Assembly: GCA_965218295.1 (NCBI GenBank)
Contig: CBDCKN010000015.1
Span: 1 to 64,000, forward strand
DNA length: 64,000 nt
Direction: 5' to 3'
Origin: Longimicrobiales bacterium
GTDB taxonomy: Bacteria; Gemmatimonadota; Gemmatimonadetes; Longimicrobiales; Gaopeijiaceae
How positions within the stretch are numbered: position 1 is the stretch's first letter; the number at the start of each line of letters is the position of its first letter. A model generated the notes under the pieces. That model saw only the letters and a program-made list of their open reading frames with translations. It did not search any database and had not been told where the DNA came from. The translations under genes and the position numbers were made by a program. Below, in pieces: positions 10,196-19,582 of this stretch.

Positions 10196-10651
10196 CTACC
10201 GGTCCGCCGATTCCCCCCGGACCGTGACGCTCCCGTAGACGGGCTCTCCCTGACTCCTGCTCGAAAAGACGTAGCGCCCCACGGGAGCCCCTCGGAAGTC
10301 CACGAAGAGGCGGGTCCCTCGCTCGAGGAGCGGTGCGCCGTGCAGCTGGCCCGTGGCGAGTAGAAATTCGCGCGCTTCGGTGGAGAGGGAGTCGGCGACG
10401 AACGAAAGGATGTGCACCCTGCGATCGAGGGTGACGAACTCCACCCACTCTCCCACCGAGATCTCGAGGGTGAGGGGAAGCACGTGCTCCTGGTCCCTAC
10501 CACCCTCCAGCTGGATGACCTGGGTGGCCTCCACCACCGGGAAGGGTGACTCGGCGGCATCCGCAGCATCCTTGGACCGGGTCTCGACCTCGACACCGCA
10601 CCCCCCCAGAATCAACAGCCCCAGCGTCGCGCGACGGAGCCGGCTATTCAC
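10196..10651 (-). CDS. Lipoprotein with a cupredoxin-like fold lacking copper ligands
   Basis: Lipobox LGGC; plastocyanin-like pattern (LEISVGEWVEF...H...GRYVF...GSVTV) without the Cys/His/Met ligand loop. Confidence 0.6.
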   Translation of the reverse strand: MNSRLRRATLGLLILGGCGVEVETRSKDAADAAESPFPVVEATQVIQLEGGRDQEHVLPLTLEISVGEWVEFVTLDRRVHILSFVADSLSTEAREFLLATGQLHGAPLLERGTRLFVDFRGAPVGRYVFSSRSQGEPVYGSVTVRGESADR

Positions 10652-11535
10652 TCACTTCATTCCCGCAAGAGACACAGAACTGCCATCGCGGCTCCAGCTC
10701 CTCCCCGCACTTGGGACACGGGAAGAGCCTCAGCTCGCTGCCGCAGAACGGGCAAAAGTTGAGGGCCTTCCGGCTCGGCAGGACCTGACGGCACCAGTGG
10801 CAGGCCGCCGGCCCACCGTCGGCGTGCGACCGGGTCCGCATCCTCGCCGGGCTCCTCGGGCTCCTCGGGCTCGGCGGCGACCGGGTCCGCCGTATCCTCC
10901 AGGCTCGAGATGTCGGGTGGGTCGTCGGACCGGGCGTCCTCGTGCTCCGGCTCGGTACCGGGCACCGGAACGGGAACGCCGTCGTCGGCCAGCTCGATGT
11001 GACCGATCACTCCACCGTCACCGGACTCACCGGCGTCCCCGTCGCCCTCCTCGTCGATGTCGTCTTCGTCGGGCATCAACTCTGCGATGTCGATGGCCTC
11101 CGGCCCTTCCGTGCCCGTCCCGTCGGGGGACGCGGCGGCGTCCTCCTCAAGGGCCTCGTCCGGCGACTCGCCACTCGCCTCACCCGCTCCCGTCAGGATG
11201 CGATCCGGGTTCAGGCGGACGTCGGCAGCCGCAAAGTCGCGGAAGAGACCCGTGTTCGGGTTCGGGCTCTGCAGCTCCTCCCGGATTTCGCTCCGGGCCA
11301 CCTCGGAGTCGAGAAGGAGGTAGTCCCCCTCCCCTGCCAGAAGCCTCAGCAGGGCGTCCTCGTAGTCGCCGTTCATCTCGACACCGATGAGGTCACGGTG
11401 TGACCGGTACGGCACCAGGTTCTGGTAGATCTCGGCAACGGTGAACGGTTGCGTCAGGTACTCGGGTCGAAACTCCGAGATCTCCTGAAGAAGAATCTGG
11501 TGGAACCGGTTCAGAATGTCGCTCGTTGGAGGCAT
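10644..11535 (-). pseudogene. Double zinc-ribbon domain protein with acidic linker, frameshifted
   Basis: N-domain and acidic linker in 10657-11535; CHWC/CPFC/CPKC/CVSC ribbon in another frame (10644-10841). One extra base at ~10825 relative to the upstream repeat GTCGCCGCCGA. Confidence 0.75.
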
Positions 11536-11557
11536 GGGGCTCAGTCTAGGAAGGGAT

Positions 11558-12655
11558 TCAGTCTTCGAGATAGACCAGGTCGGCCTTGATAGCGGCCTCG
11601 AGGAAGCTCTCGGGATCCATGAACGGAATCTCTACGCCGCATTGCTCGTGCCAGCGCTCGGCCAGCCGCCGCATGTAGTGCGACAGCGTCTCGTGGGAGA
11701 AGCCTGCGTGATCTCTCATCTGTCGGACGATCTCGTGCCACGTGCCCCGGAAGAGATGTCCGTCGGCGAGGCGAATCTGGTGCAGCTCGGCCTCCCCCTT
11801 GCGCTCTCCCCGCTCGAACAGCTCGAGCTGGCTCGGGTCCGTCAGAGGTCCCTCGACTCCGTTGACCTGAGCCTCCACCTCCGCCAAGAGCCGGTCAATG
11901 GGATCCTGGAGAGCTTCTAACTCAGCCAATCGCTCCTGCCACGGCACGAGGCGCGCATCGCCGTCCTCCACCTGCCAAAGCGCCCGCTTGAGCTCTATGA
12001 GCCTCCAGACGGCCAGCGAATCCCAATGATCGAGGGGGGGCACGCGCTCGAACTCCCGGAGGGCCCCGTCCCAGTCACCGCGGTCGTACAGAAGGTGCCC
12101 GAGGTAGACCCTGGCCTCGTGGAGGTCGGGGTCCAGGCGCAAGGCCCGCCTGATCTGCCTTCCCGCTCCGACCTCGTCGCCGAGCCTATGGAGCGAGTAG
12201 CCGAGAGAGGCTGCCGCCTCGGCGTTGTCTGGACGGGCTGCAGCGGCCTTCGCAAACACGTCTCGGCTCTCCGCATAGAGACTCTCCCTGTAGAGGGCGC
12301 GTCCCATGGTGAGCATGAGCTCGACATCGTCCTCGAACCCCAGGGCCGCCACCCGCTCGAACAGGCCGAGGGCCGCTTCCCGCTCACCGAAACGGAGCAA
12401 GGTCTCGCCGAGCCCCACGAGGGCATCCTCATGCCCCTGGTCGAGGACGAGGGCACGCTCGAATGCCTGTCTCGCCCACGCATACTCCTCCCTCGCCAGG
12501 CGCGCGTAGCCCATTCCGACACAGAGCTCGACGGCATTGGGATACAGAGAGAGGCCCTCTTTGAGCATCTCGAGGGCCCCTTCATAATCACCGTCGTTGT
12601 AAAGTTGGTGCGCCTGTTCGTCGTATTCCTCGGAGCTGAGGAATCGCTCTGACAT
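11558..12655 (-). CDS. Tetratricopeptide repeat protein
   Basis: Several TPR-like repeats (AFERALVLDQGHEDALVGLG; RRALRLDPDLHEARVYLG); AAGGAG RBS. Confidence 0.88.
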   Translation of the reverse strand: MSERFLSSEEYDEQAHQLYNDGDYEGALEMLKEGLSLYPNAVELCVGMGYARLAREEYAWARQAFERALVLDQGHEDALVGLGETLLRFGEREAALGLFERVAALGFEDDVELMLTMGRALYRESLYAESRDVFAKAAAARPDNAEAAASLGYSLHRLGDEVGAGRQIRRALRLDPDLHEARVYLGHLLYDRGDWDGALREFERVPPLDHWDSLAVWRLIELKRALWQVEDGDARLVPWQERLAELEALQDPIDRLLAEVEAQVNGVEGPLTDPSQLELFERGERKGEAELHQIRLADGHLFRGTWHEIVRQMRDHAGFSHETLSHYMRRLAERWHEQCGVEIPFMDPESFLEAAIKADLVYLED

Positions 12656-12776
12656 CGCGATATGGCTCCTTCGGCTGGAGTTGAGACGCCTGTCCAGAAC
12701 TTAATGGAGGCCGATCTCAATCACCACCCTGTTTTTTTTCGGGCCTAATGCCCCACGCCTTTCGGGGCTCGGCGCC

Positions 12777-13148
12777 CTACGCCCTGCCGTATCGCACCCC
12801 GCAAAGGGGACACAAGAGGTCGTTCTTCGCGCGAATTAGGAGCTGGTCCACGTGTCGCGGGCACCGCGGCTCCCGGCCTTCCTCTATCGTGTCCCGGACC
12901 TTCGTCCGCTCCGTGCGCGTGGCCTTGTTGACATTCAATCGGTAACGGAGAGACGAGGAGTTGCACTCGAGGAGTATGGACCCCGACCCGTCGGCCTCGG
13001 GCTGCACGCGCAGCACCATGAGGAACCCCCCGGTGGGGGACGGTAGACGGTTTCCCTCATAGTAGAGGCGCAGCAACTCCTTCTCGTCGGTGAGTGGGAA
13101 GGGGGTATCACCCTCCACCACGGCAATGTCCGGTCTCGTCTTGCTCAT
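12777..13148 (-). CDS. Hypothetical protein with C-terminal CxxH..CxxC Zn-binding motif
   Basis: ATG 13148 (MSKTRPDIAVV...); ends RCPRH...LLCPLCGVRYGRA. Confidence 0.7.
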   Translation of the reverse strand: MSKTRPDIAVVEGDTPFPLTDEKELLRLYYEGNRLPSPTGGFLMVLRVQPEADGSGSILLECNSSSLRYRLNVNKATRTERTKVRDTIEEGREPRCPRHVDQLLIRAKNDLLCPLCGVRYGRA

Positions 13149-13194
13149 GAGGTCTAGCGGCACTCGGCGGGTCTGTAGTCCTGCCTTCTCAAGT

Positions 13195-13355
13195 AAGAAA
13201 AAGAAGCCCGAGCAAAGGGCTGCGGGATGGCCCGTTCGGCCCCGCCTCGCCCAAATCCCGGCCACCGGACCCGGCAAGATATCACGCGTCGGACTAGGCC
13301 GCAAAGAGCGGCGCCCCAACGGGGCGATCATCAGCCCCATACGGGCTGGACTTCC
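13195..13355 (-). ncRNA. Candidate rod-shaped ncRNA (possibly 6S-like)
   Basis: Intergenic. 5' AGCCCG..GGGGCUG pairs with 3' CAGCCCU..CGGGCU; inner helices CGUU/AACG, CCGC/GCGG, UCC/GGA; followed by UUCUUUUUCUU. Confidence 0.55.
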
Positions 13356-13367
13356 AGTAAACACAAC

Positions 13368-13399
13368 AAAAAACGGCGGGAAATCCGGGTTCCCCGCCG
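13368..13399 (-). terminator. Intrinsic terminator
   Basis: CGGCGGGGA-loop-TTCCCGCCG followed by T6 on the minus strand. Confidence 0.85.
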
Positions 13400-13434
13400 C
13401 TCTTCAAATGCGCGGCTCGACCGCTTCTCTGCGT

Positions 13435-13839
13435 TCAGGCTGCGTTTGCGTCGTCGCCTTCGTCCGAGGTATTCTCGACTGCACCCGTCGCAGGGTCCGA
13501 GGAGGCGGTGGGCTGGTCCGAAGCCTCGCCGTCGGAGACGGGCCCTGCTCCGGGCGCTTCTTCTGCCTCGGCGTCCGCAACAGGAGGCTCGGCAACCGCC
13601 GTCTGGGTCGGAAAGTTGTTGATGGCAGGTTGGCAGAACCGTATCCCCACGGAGTGCAGCTCGGTCAGATCGGGCTGCGCCAACTCCGGGTAACGCTCAC
13701 CTAAATAGTCTATGGTCTCGTCCATCCAAATGGTCTTGTCCTCATCGGTTGCGTTGAGAACTCCACATCGGTTGATGTGGCTGAACAGCTCGTCCCGAGC
13801 CTGCGCGAAGAGCTTCTCTTTGGGCACCCACACCTCCAT
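13435..13839 (-). CDS. Hypothetical protein (helical N-domain plus acidic tail)
   Basis: 134-aa ORF followed by a terminator; FAQARDELFSHINRCGVL...GIRFCQP domain. Confidence 0.75.
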   Translation of the reverse strand: MEVWVPKEKLFAQARDELFSHINRCGVLNATDEDKTIWMDETIDYLGERYPELAQPDLTELHSVGIRFCQPAINNFPTQTAVAEPPVADAEAEEAPGAGPVSDGEASDQPTASSDPATGAVENTSDEGDDANAA

Positions 13840-13984
13840 GTATGGTCAGGAACGGGAGTAACATGCCCAATCCGGTTATCAAATACAATGTCTCAGCCGC
13901 TTAACCTAACGCATGCCCCATGGTCGGCCAACTAACGGCGAACGCCCCCGAGACGTGCCGGCGCCGGCGCTCCTGCCGGACGCC

Positions 13985-15592
13985 ATGACGGATCGCACGA
14001 CGCCGGACGCCGTGACCCTGGAGGTGTTTCGACACCTCTTCACGGCGCTCACGGAAGAGATGGGGGCGGCCCTCCGGCGTGCGGCGTTCTCGCCGAACAT
14101 CAAGGAGCGGCAGGACTACTCCTGTGCCCTGTTCTCTCCCGGAGGCATCCCCGTGGCCCTGGGAGATCACATGCCGGTCCACCTGGGGGCCATGCCCATG
14201 AGCGTGCGGGCCGCCCTCGACGAGCTCGGTACGCTGAGCGCCGGGGACGTGGCCTGTCTGAACGACCCATTCCGGGGCGGCACGCATCTTCCCGATATCA
14301 CGCTGATCTCGCCCGTCCACCTGGACGAGGGAGATACCCTGCTCGGGTACGTGGCCTCACGCGCTCACCACTCCGACGTGGGCGGCACCAGCCCGGGATC
14401 CATGCCTCTAGCCCAGGAGATCTATCAGGAGGGACTCCGGATACCGCCGGTCCTTCTGTACAGAGCGGGTGAGCGTCACAAGGACGTGTGGAATCTCATC
14501 CTGGCCAACGTGCGCACACCCGTGGAGCGAGGAGGAGACCTGGAGGCCCAGCTCGCGGCCTTGCACGCCGGGCGGACCCGCCTGCTGGAGATCGCCAGGC
14601 GGCGTGGCGCACCAACCGCCCTAGCCGCCATGGACGACCTGGTGGAGTATGCCGACCGACTCGTGGAAGCCGGCCTGGACGCCATCGCAGAGGACGTCTA
14701 CCGGGGCGAGGACGTTCTGGATGACGACGGGTTCGGTACGGTGGACATACCGATCCGGGTGGCCCTGACTCGCCACGCCGAGGGACTCGAGGTCGACTTC
14801 TCGGGCAGCAGCGGCCAGGTGTCGGGGGGTGTCAACGCCGTGGCCGCCATCACGGCGTCGGTCACACGATACGTGATACGCTGTGTGGTCGAAGCCCTTT
14901 TGAACGAGCCCCTACCGGCCGGGGGCGGGTCCATGTCCATGGTGAACCTGGTCCTTCCAGAGGGCTCCATCGTGAACGCCTCGCTCCCCGCCAGCGTCGC
15001 GGCCGGCAACGTGGAGACCAGCCAACGGATCACCGATGTGTTGCTGCGTGCCTTCGGCGAAGCCCTCCCCGACCTCGTTCCTGCGCTCTCGCAGGGCACG
15101 ATGAACAACACCACCGTGGGAGGCGTCGACCCCCGGACCGGGTCCGTCTTTGCATACTACGAGACCGTGGGCGGCGGCATGGGGGCGGGGCCTGCCGGGG
15201 ACGGACTGTCGGGAGTCCACACGCACATGTCCAACTCGCTCAACACTCCCGTCGAAGCCCTCGAGCACGCCTATCCGTTCTCTGTCACGAACTACACCGT
15301 GCGGCGTGGAAGCGGTGGAGAAGGCCGCCACAGTGGTGGTGACGGCCTCCGAAGGGACATCTGCCTCCTTGTCGACGGTCGTGTGACCCTCCTGACCGAG
15401 AGGCGGGCGCGCGGCCCCGCCGGAGCCAGGGGCGGATCGGATGGCAGCCCCGGCGAGAACGTGCTGATCCGAGACGGCGAGGAGACCGTCCTCCCGGCCA
15501 AGACGTCATTCGAAGCCAAGGCCGAAGACGTCGTCAGCATCCGATCGCCGGGTGGAGGGGGATGGGGCGTGCCGGAGGCCACCCCCGAATGA
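13985..15592 (+). CDS. Hydantoinase B / 5-oxoprolinase subunit
   Basis: FSPNIKERQDYSCALF, NDPFRGGTHLPD, HHSDVGG, YYETVGGG, NTPVE, SPGGGGWG. Confidence 0.93.
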   Translation: MTDRTTPDAVTLEVFRHLFTALTEEMGAALRRAAFSPNIKERQDYSCALFSPGGIPVALGDHMPVHLGAMPMSVRAALDELGTLSAGDVACLNDPFRGGTHLPDITLISPVHLDEGDTLLGYVASRAHHSDVGGTSPGSMPLAQEIYQEGLRIPPVLLYRAGERHKDVWNLILANVRTPVERGGDLEAQLAALHAGRTRLLEIARRRGAPTALAAMDDLVEYADRLVEAGLDAIAEDVYRGEDVLDDDGFGTVDIPIRVALTRHAEGLEVDFSGSSGQVSGGVNAVAAITASVTRYVIRCVVEALLNEPLPAGGGSMSMVNLVLPEGSIVNASLPASVAAGNVETSQRITDVLLRAFGEALPDLVPALSQGTMNNTTVGGVDPRTGSVFAYYETVGGGMGAGPAGDGLSGVHTHMSNSLNTPVEALEHAYPFSVTNYTVRRGSGGEGRHSGGDGLRRDICLLVDGRVTLLTERRARGPAGARGGSDGSPGENVLIRDGEETVLPAKTSFEAKAEDVVSIRSPGGGGWGVPEATPE

Positions 15593-15622
15593 CCTCTCCG
15601 TGACTCTCTGACCGGAACGTCG

Positions 15623-16036
15623 ATGCAATTACAGCTCGCTCTCGTGTGTGACCACGCCGAACAGACCCCCGAAGGCAAGCTGGACCTCAAGGGCGTGTTC
15701 AACGACCTTGCGGCCCCAGGCTTCCCTGCCAAGCACGACATGTTCCTCGTACTGGCGGTGGAGTGGGACCGATCCGACCAGGGGAGGTACGACTTCCAGG
15801 TCGATCTCCTGGATCCTTCAACCAGGTCCACAATGACCATCCGCGGGCACTCCGATGTGGACCGCAGAGACCCCGGACGCCCGCCCGCCCGCACCCGGAT
15901 CATCATGCCGCTTCAGGACGTCATCTTCCCGGAAGCCGGCCAGTACAGGTTCCAGATCCAGGTGAAGGGACGGACCCACGAGGGTCCCTCCCTCTTTCTC
16001 TTGGAGGCGGAGCCCGTGGGGGACGCGGGGGAGTGA
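15623..16036 (+). CDS. Conserved hypothetical beta-sandwich protein
   Basis: LALVCDHA...GKLDLKGVFN...FPEAGQYRF pattern; translationally coupled to the next gene. Confidence 0.75.
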   Translation: MQLQLALVCDHAEQTPEGKLDLKGVFNDLAAPGFPAKHDMFLVLAVEWDRSDQGRYDFQVDLLDPSTRSTMTIRGHSDVDRRDPGRPPARTRIIMPLQDVIFPEAGQYRFQIQVKGRTHEGPSLFLLEAEPVGDAGE

Positions 16037-17106
16037 GCGCGACCGGAGCCGGCGCCGCCGCCCGTCTCGCTCGGGCGGACCGCGTGTGCATCGTCCTCCT
16101 CTCGGGCATCGGGGACGTGATACATGGACTTCCGGTGGCCGTAGCGCTGAAGCGAGATCGACCCTCTCGCCGGGTGGTGTGGGTCGCCCAGCCCGCCCCG
16201 GCCCAGGTCCTGGAGCACCACTCCGCAGTGGACGAGATAGTCGTCTTCGAACCAGGAGCCGGCTTCGGAGCCCTCAGGCGGCTTTGGGCCGCCTTCCAGG
16301 GAAGGCCCTGCGAGGTCACGCTGAACATGCAGCGATACGCCAAGACACTGCTTCCCACCTATCTGTCGGGAGCATCCGTTCGGGTTGGTCTTGCCCCGTC
16401 GCGGACCCGCGACGGGGTGAGGCTCATCAACACCGTGCACACCCCCGAGGGACCGTGGCGGCACACGCAGGACCTGTTTCTCGAGTTTCTGGATCAAGTC
16501 GGCGTCGAACGGCCGGACCCACTGGAGTGGGGCATCGCCTTTTCCGACGAGGAGCAGCGGGAGGCGGACGACTTCTTCGCTCATCTGGGGGGAGGACCGG
16601 TGGTCGGGCTGGCGCTCGCCACGGCCAACCCGAAGAAGGACTGGCTCCCAGATCGGTACGCAGCCCTCGCCGACGTCCTGGAGGAGGAGCTCGGCTATAC
16701 GGTCCTGCTTCTGGGTGGTCCGGGCGACTCCGACCAGAAGGCCGCGCGAATCGTGACGGACCAGGGACGCGGATCACCCGTCTGGGGGCTCTCCGACTCG
16801 GTGCGAAGGTTGATCTGGAGCATCCGTGGCTGCGACCTGGTGATCAGCCCCGACACGGGAGCACTTCACATCGCCCACGCCCTGGGGGTTCCCGTGGTGG
16901 GCCTCTTCGGTCACACCAACCCATGGCGGTTAGGTCCCTACGAGCGTTTCCACGATCTGATCGTGGATCGCTACTCCAACCCCAGCGAGACACCCGACCC
17001 CTCCCGCTACGAGCCGCGCCACGAGCGAATGGAGCGCATCACTGTTGCGGACGTCCTGGAGCGGGTCCGAGTGGCGGAGCGAGAGTACGGGGTGGGCGCG
17101 GCGTGA
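16033..17106 (+). CDS. Glycosyltransferase family 9 (LPS heptosyltransferase)
   Basis: VLLSGIGDV, KDW, ISPDTGALHIAHALG, GLFGHT; GTGA overlap. Confidence 0.9.
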   Translation: MSATGAGAAARLARADRVCIVLLSGIGDVIHGLPVAVALKRDRPSRRVVWVAQPAPAQVLEHHSAVDEIVVFEPGAGFGALRRLWAAFQGRPCEVTLNMQRYAKTLLPTYLSGASVRVGLAPSRTRDGVRLINTVHTPEGPWRHTQDLFLEFLDQVGVERPDPLEWGIAFSDEEQREADDFFAHLGGGPVVGLALATANPKKDWLPDRYAALADVLEEELGYTVLLLGGPGDSDQKAARIVTDQGRGSPVWGLSDSVRRLIWSIRGCDLVISPDTGALHIAHALGVPVVGLFGHTNPWRLGPYERFHDLIVDRYSNPSETPDPSRYEPRHERMERITVADVLERVRVAEREYGVGAA

Positions 17107-17903
17107 CCGGGACGGTTGCGCACCCCGGATACGTGGCCGTGCCGGGCTTCGAATCGGCCCGGGTGGGTGCTGCGCTGGTCGTCGCACGGCCAGAGGCGCT
17201 GGCGTGGGCCCGGGACGCCCTGAGCCGACACGGGTCACTTCACTCGGCGGCCCTGGCGGACGCGGATCTGTGGCTCCGCGGTCGAGGGCCCATCCCGGTG
17301 ATGCTCAATCCGGTGGGAGAAGGCCCTGCCTGGGCGGTCCGCCATTACAGGAGGGGGGGCGGAATGCGGATCATGGACGACCGCTTCCTCCGTCTGGGAA
17401 GGCCGCGCAGCCTTCGGGAGTTGGAGAGCAGCGTTCGGGTGCGGGAGCTGGGGATCACGACGCCGCGGGTGGTGGCCGCCGGAGTCTACCCGGCAGGACT
17501 GTTCTACCGGGCCGACCTCGTCACCGAGTTAGTGTACGACGCAAGGGAGCTGGCGGATGTGCTCCTCGGCACTCCGGACTCCTCGGCCCCGCCCGCCGAC
17601 GCCGACATGCGAGCCCAGGCCCTGACCTGTACTACCCAGCTCGTGGCCCGCATGACGGAGCACGGGATCCGGCATCCGGACCTGAACGCCCACAACATCC
17701 TTCTGGCACAGAGCTCGCATGGTATGGAAGCGATCCTGCTCGATCTGGATCGCTGCGTCATCGGCAGGACGTCGGCACCCGGCGGCGGACACGGGCTTCG
17801 CCGGCGCCTCGCCCGCTCGATCCGCAAGCTGCAGCGCACCCGCTCAGGAGGGCTGAGTGATGAGGAGATGGAGGTCATTCTGACCGGATCGGAGAAGCCA
17901 TGA
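17103..17903 (+). CDS. kdkA: 3-deoxy-D-manno-octulosonic acid (Kdo) kinase-like
   Basis: VRHYRRGG, YRADLVTE, HPDLNAHNILL, LLDLDR; located between two GT9 genes. Confidence 0.85.
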   Translation: MTGTVAHPGYVAVPGFESARVGAALVVARPEALAWARDALSRHGSLHSAALADADLWLRGRGPIPVMLNPVGEGPAWAVRHYRRGGGMRIMDDRFLRLGRPRSLRELESSVRVRELGITTPRVVAAGVYPAGLFYRADLVTELVYDARELADVLLGTPDSSAPPADADMRAQALTCTTQLVARMTEHGIRHPDLNAHNILLAQSSHGMEAILLDLDRCVIGRTSAPGGGHGLRRRLARSIRKLQRTRSGGLSDEEMEVILTGSEKP

Positions 17904-18940
17904 CGCGCGGGATGACTCCGCCCGAGTCCGTCTGCATCGTGATGCTGAGCGCCATCGGCGACGCGGTCCACGTCCTACCGGTAGCCAACGCCCTGAGGCG
18001 GGCGTGGCCCGAGACGAAGATCTCGTGGGTCATCCAGCCCGTTCCGAAGATCCTGGTGGAAGGACATCCCGCCGTCGACGAGCTCATCGTCTACCACCGC
18101 CGACGAGGCATCAACTCCTGGGCAGGCTTCGCCGAATTGGGGCACTGTCTCAGGGGACGTCGGTTCGATGTGGCACTGGCCCTACAGGTGTACTTCAAGG
18201 CCGGGCTCATCACCGGTATGCTCCCGGCCAGGAGGAAGCTCGGCTTCGACACGGCCCGGGCCCGAGACGCCAACTGGCTCTTCACCAACGAGCGCATACC
18301 CGCCCATGCGCCCCAGCACGTGCAGGAGCAGTACCTCGAGTTCGTGCACCATCTGGGCATCGATCCCGAGCCGGTGGAGTGGGGCGTACACTTCTCGGAC
18401 CAGGAGCGTGAGGCTCAGGCCCGTTTCTTCGGCGAGCTCGACCGGCCGGCTTGCGCCGTGGTGGTCGGGACGAGCAAACCCGCCAAGAACTGGACCCCCG
18501 AGGGCTACGCTCGGGTCCTGGAGGAGCTCGAGTTCACGCATGGGCTCCAGCCCATCCTCGTGGGCGGGCCATCGCCGGTGGAGCGTGAGATGGCTGACCG
18601 TATTCTGGGGCTCACCAAGGCTCACCCCCTGGACACCCTGGGCAATGATCTCAGACGCGCCATCTACCTTCTGGACGGCAGCGCCCTCACTGTGAGTCCG
18701 GACACGGGCCCCCTTCACATCAGCAGAGCCCTGGAAACCCCGGTCGTCGGTCTGTACGGGCATACCAACCCCAAGAGGACCGGACCCTACCGCCGCTTCT
18801 ACGACCTGGTCGTGGACGGATACGCCGCATTTCCGGGCGAGGAGTATCCCGTGTCCATGGAGTATCGGGACGGCATGAAGCGCATCACCACGGAGATGGT
18901 CGTGGAGAAGGTGGAACTGGCGGTTGAGCGATACCTATAA
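17900..18940 (+). CDS. Glycosyltransferase family 9 (OpsX/WaaC-like heptosyltransferase)
   Basis: MLSAIGDAVH, KNW, VSPDTGPLHI, NPKRTGPY. Confidence 0.9.
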   Translation: MTRGMTPPESVCIVMLSAIGDAVHVLPVANALRRAWPETKISWVIQPVPKILVEGHPAVDELIVYHRRRGINSWAGFAELGHCLRGRRFDVALALQVYFKAGLITGMLPARRKLGFDTARARDANWLFTNERIPAHAPQHVQEQYLEFVHHLGIDPEPVEWGVHFSDQEREAQARFFGELDRPACAVVVGTSKPAKNWTPEGYARVLEELEFTHGLQPILVGGPSPVEREMADRILGLTKAHPLDTLGNDLRRAIYLLDGSALTVSPDTGPLHISRALETPVVGLYGHTNPKRTGPYRRFYDLVVDGYAAFPGEEYPVSMEYRDGMKRITTEMVVEKVELAVERYL

Positions 18941-19043
18941 CCCTGACCGTCGGAGTCCAAGGGCCGAGCTTGGCGCGTCCCACGCGCGCCGCCGCCCGAA
19001 GTCTCGTGAGCTTCCCATCCCAATCGGCACGGAGTGTGTGGGC

Positions 19044-19472
19044 GTGAAGAGTCGATGTGTAGGTAGATGGACCGCTACCATGGTCGTAGCGGCAGCGGCC
19101 ATGACGGGGTGTCAGGCCGGAGACGACTCGGGCGCGGCTGCCCCCGTCGACGAGGTGCAGGTCTTCCTGCGTCAGGTCGCGGCCACGGCACCGGCCGAGG
19201 TGGCCCAGGGCAAGGCATTGTTCGAGGAGTACTGCAGCGCCTGCCACGGGCCCGCCGCCGACGGGACCGAGCAGGGTCCACCCCTGGCACACAAGATCTA
19301 CGAGCCGAGCCACCACGCCGACGCGGCCTTTGTGCTGGCCGTGAAGATCGGGGTGCGGGCCCACCACTGGCGATTCGGGGACATGCAGCCGGTGCCGGCC
19401 GTCACGGACGAGATGGTCCAGGAGATCATCGGGTACGTCCGCTGGCTGCAGCGCAAGGTGGGAATCGAATAG
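19044..19472 (+). CDS. Monoheme cytochrome c lipoprotein
   Basis: Lipobox MTGC, CSACH heme motif, HHWRFGDMQP distal Met region. Confidence 0.85.
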   Translation: MKSRCVGRWTATMVVAAAAMTGCQAGDDSGAAAPVDEVQVFLRQVAATAPAEVAQGKALFEEYCSACHGPAADGTEQGPPLAHKIYEPSHHADAAFVLAVKIGVRAHHWRFGDMQPVPAVTDEMVQEIIGYVRWLQRKVGIE

Positions 19473-19481
19473 GGCCTTGCC

Positions 19482-19506
19482 GAAACCGTAGCGACTCGAT
19501 TCCGTA
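19482..19506 (+). promoter_or_regulatory. Putative ECF-sigma promoter GAAAC-N16-CGTA
   Basis: GAAAC 19482-19486 and CGTA 19503-19506, upstream of the cyclase gene. Confidence 0.5.
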
Positions 19507-19582
19507 GGAACATGAGGAGTCTCTGAGGGTTTAGGGTCACCGGCTCTCAGGGTGCGCTTGCACAACCGTAGGACGGTCACAC

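Noticed and set aside
13195..13355. SRP RNA or tRNA
   Set aside because: No CAGG..GGAA..AGCAG domain IV motif and no cloverleaf or TTC loop.
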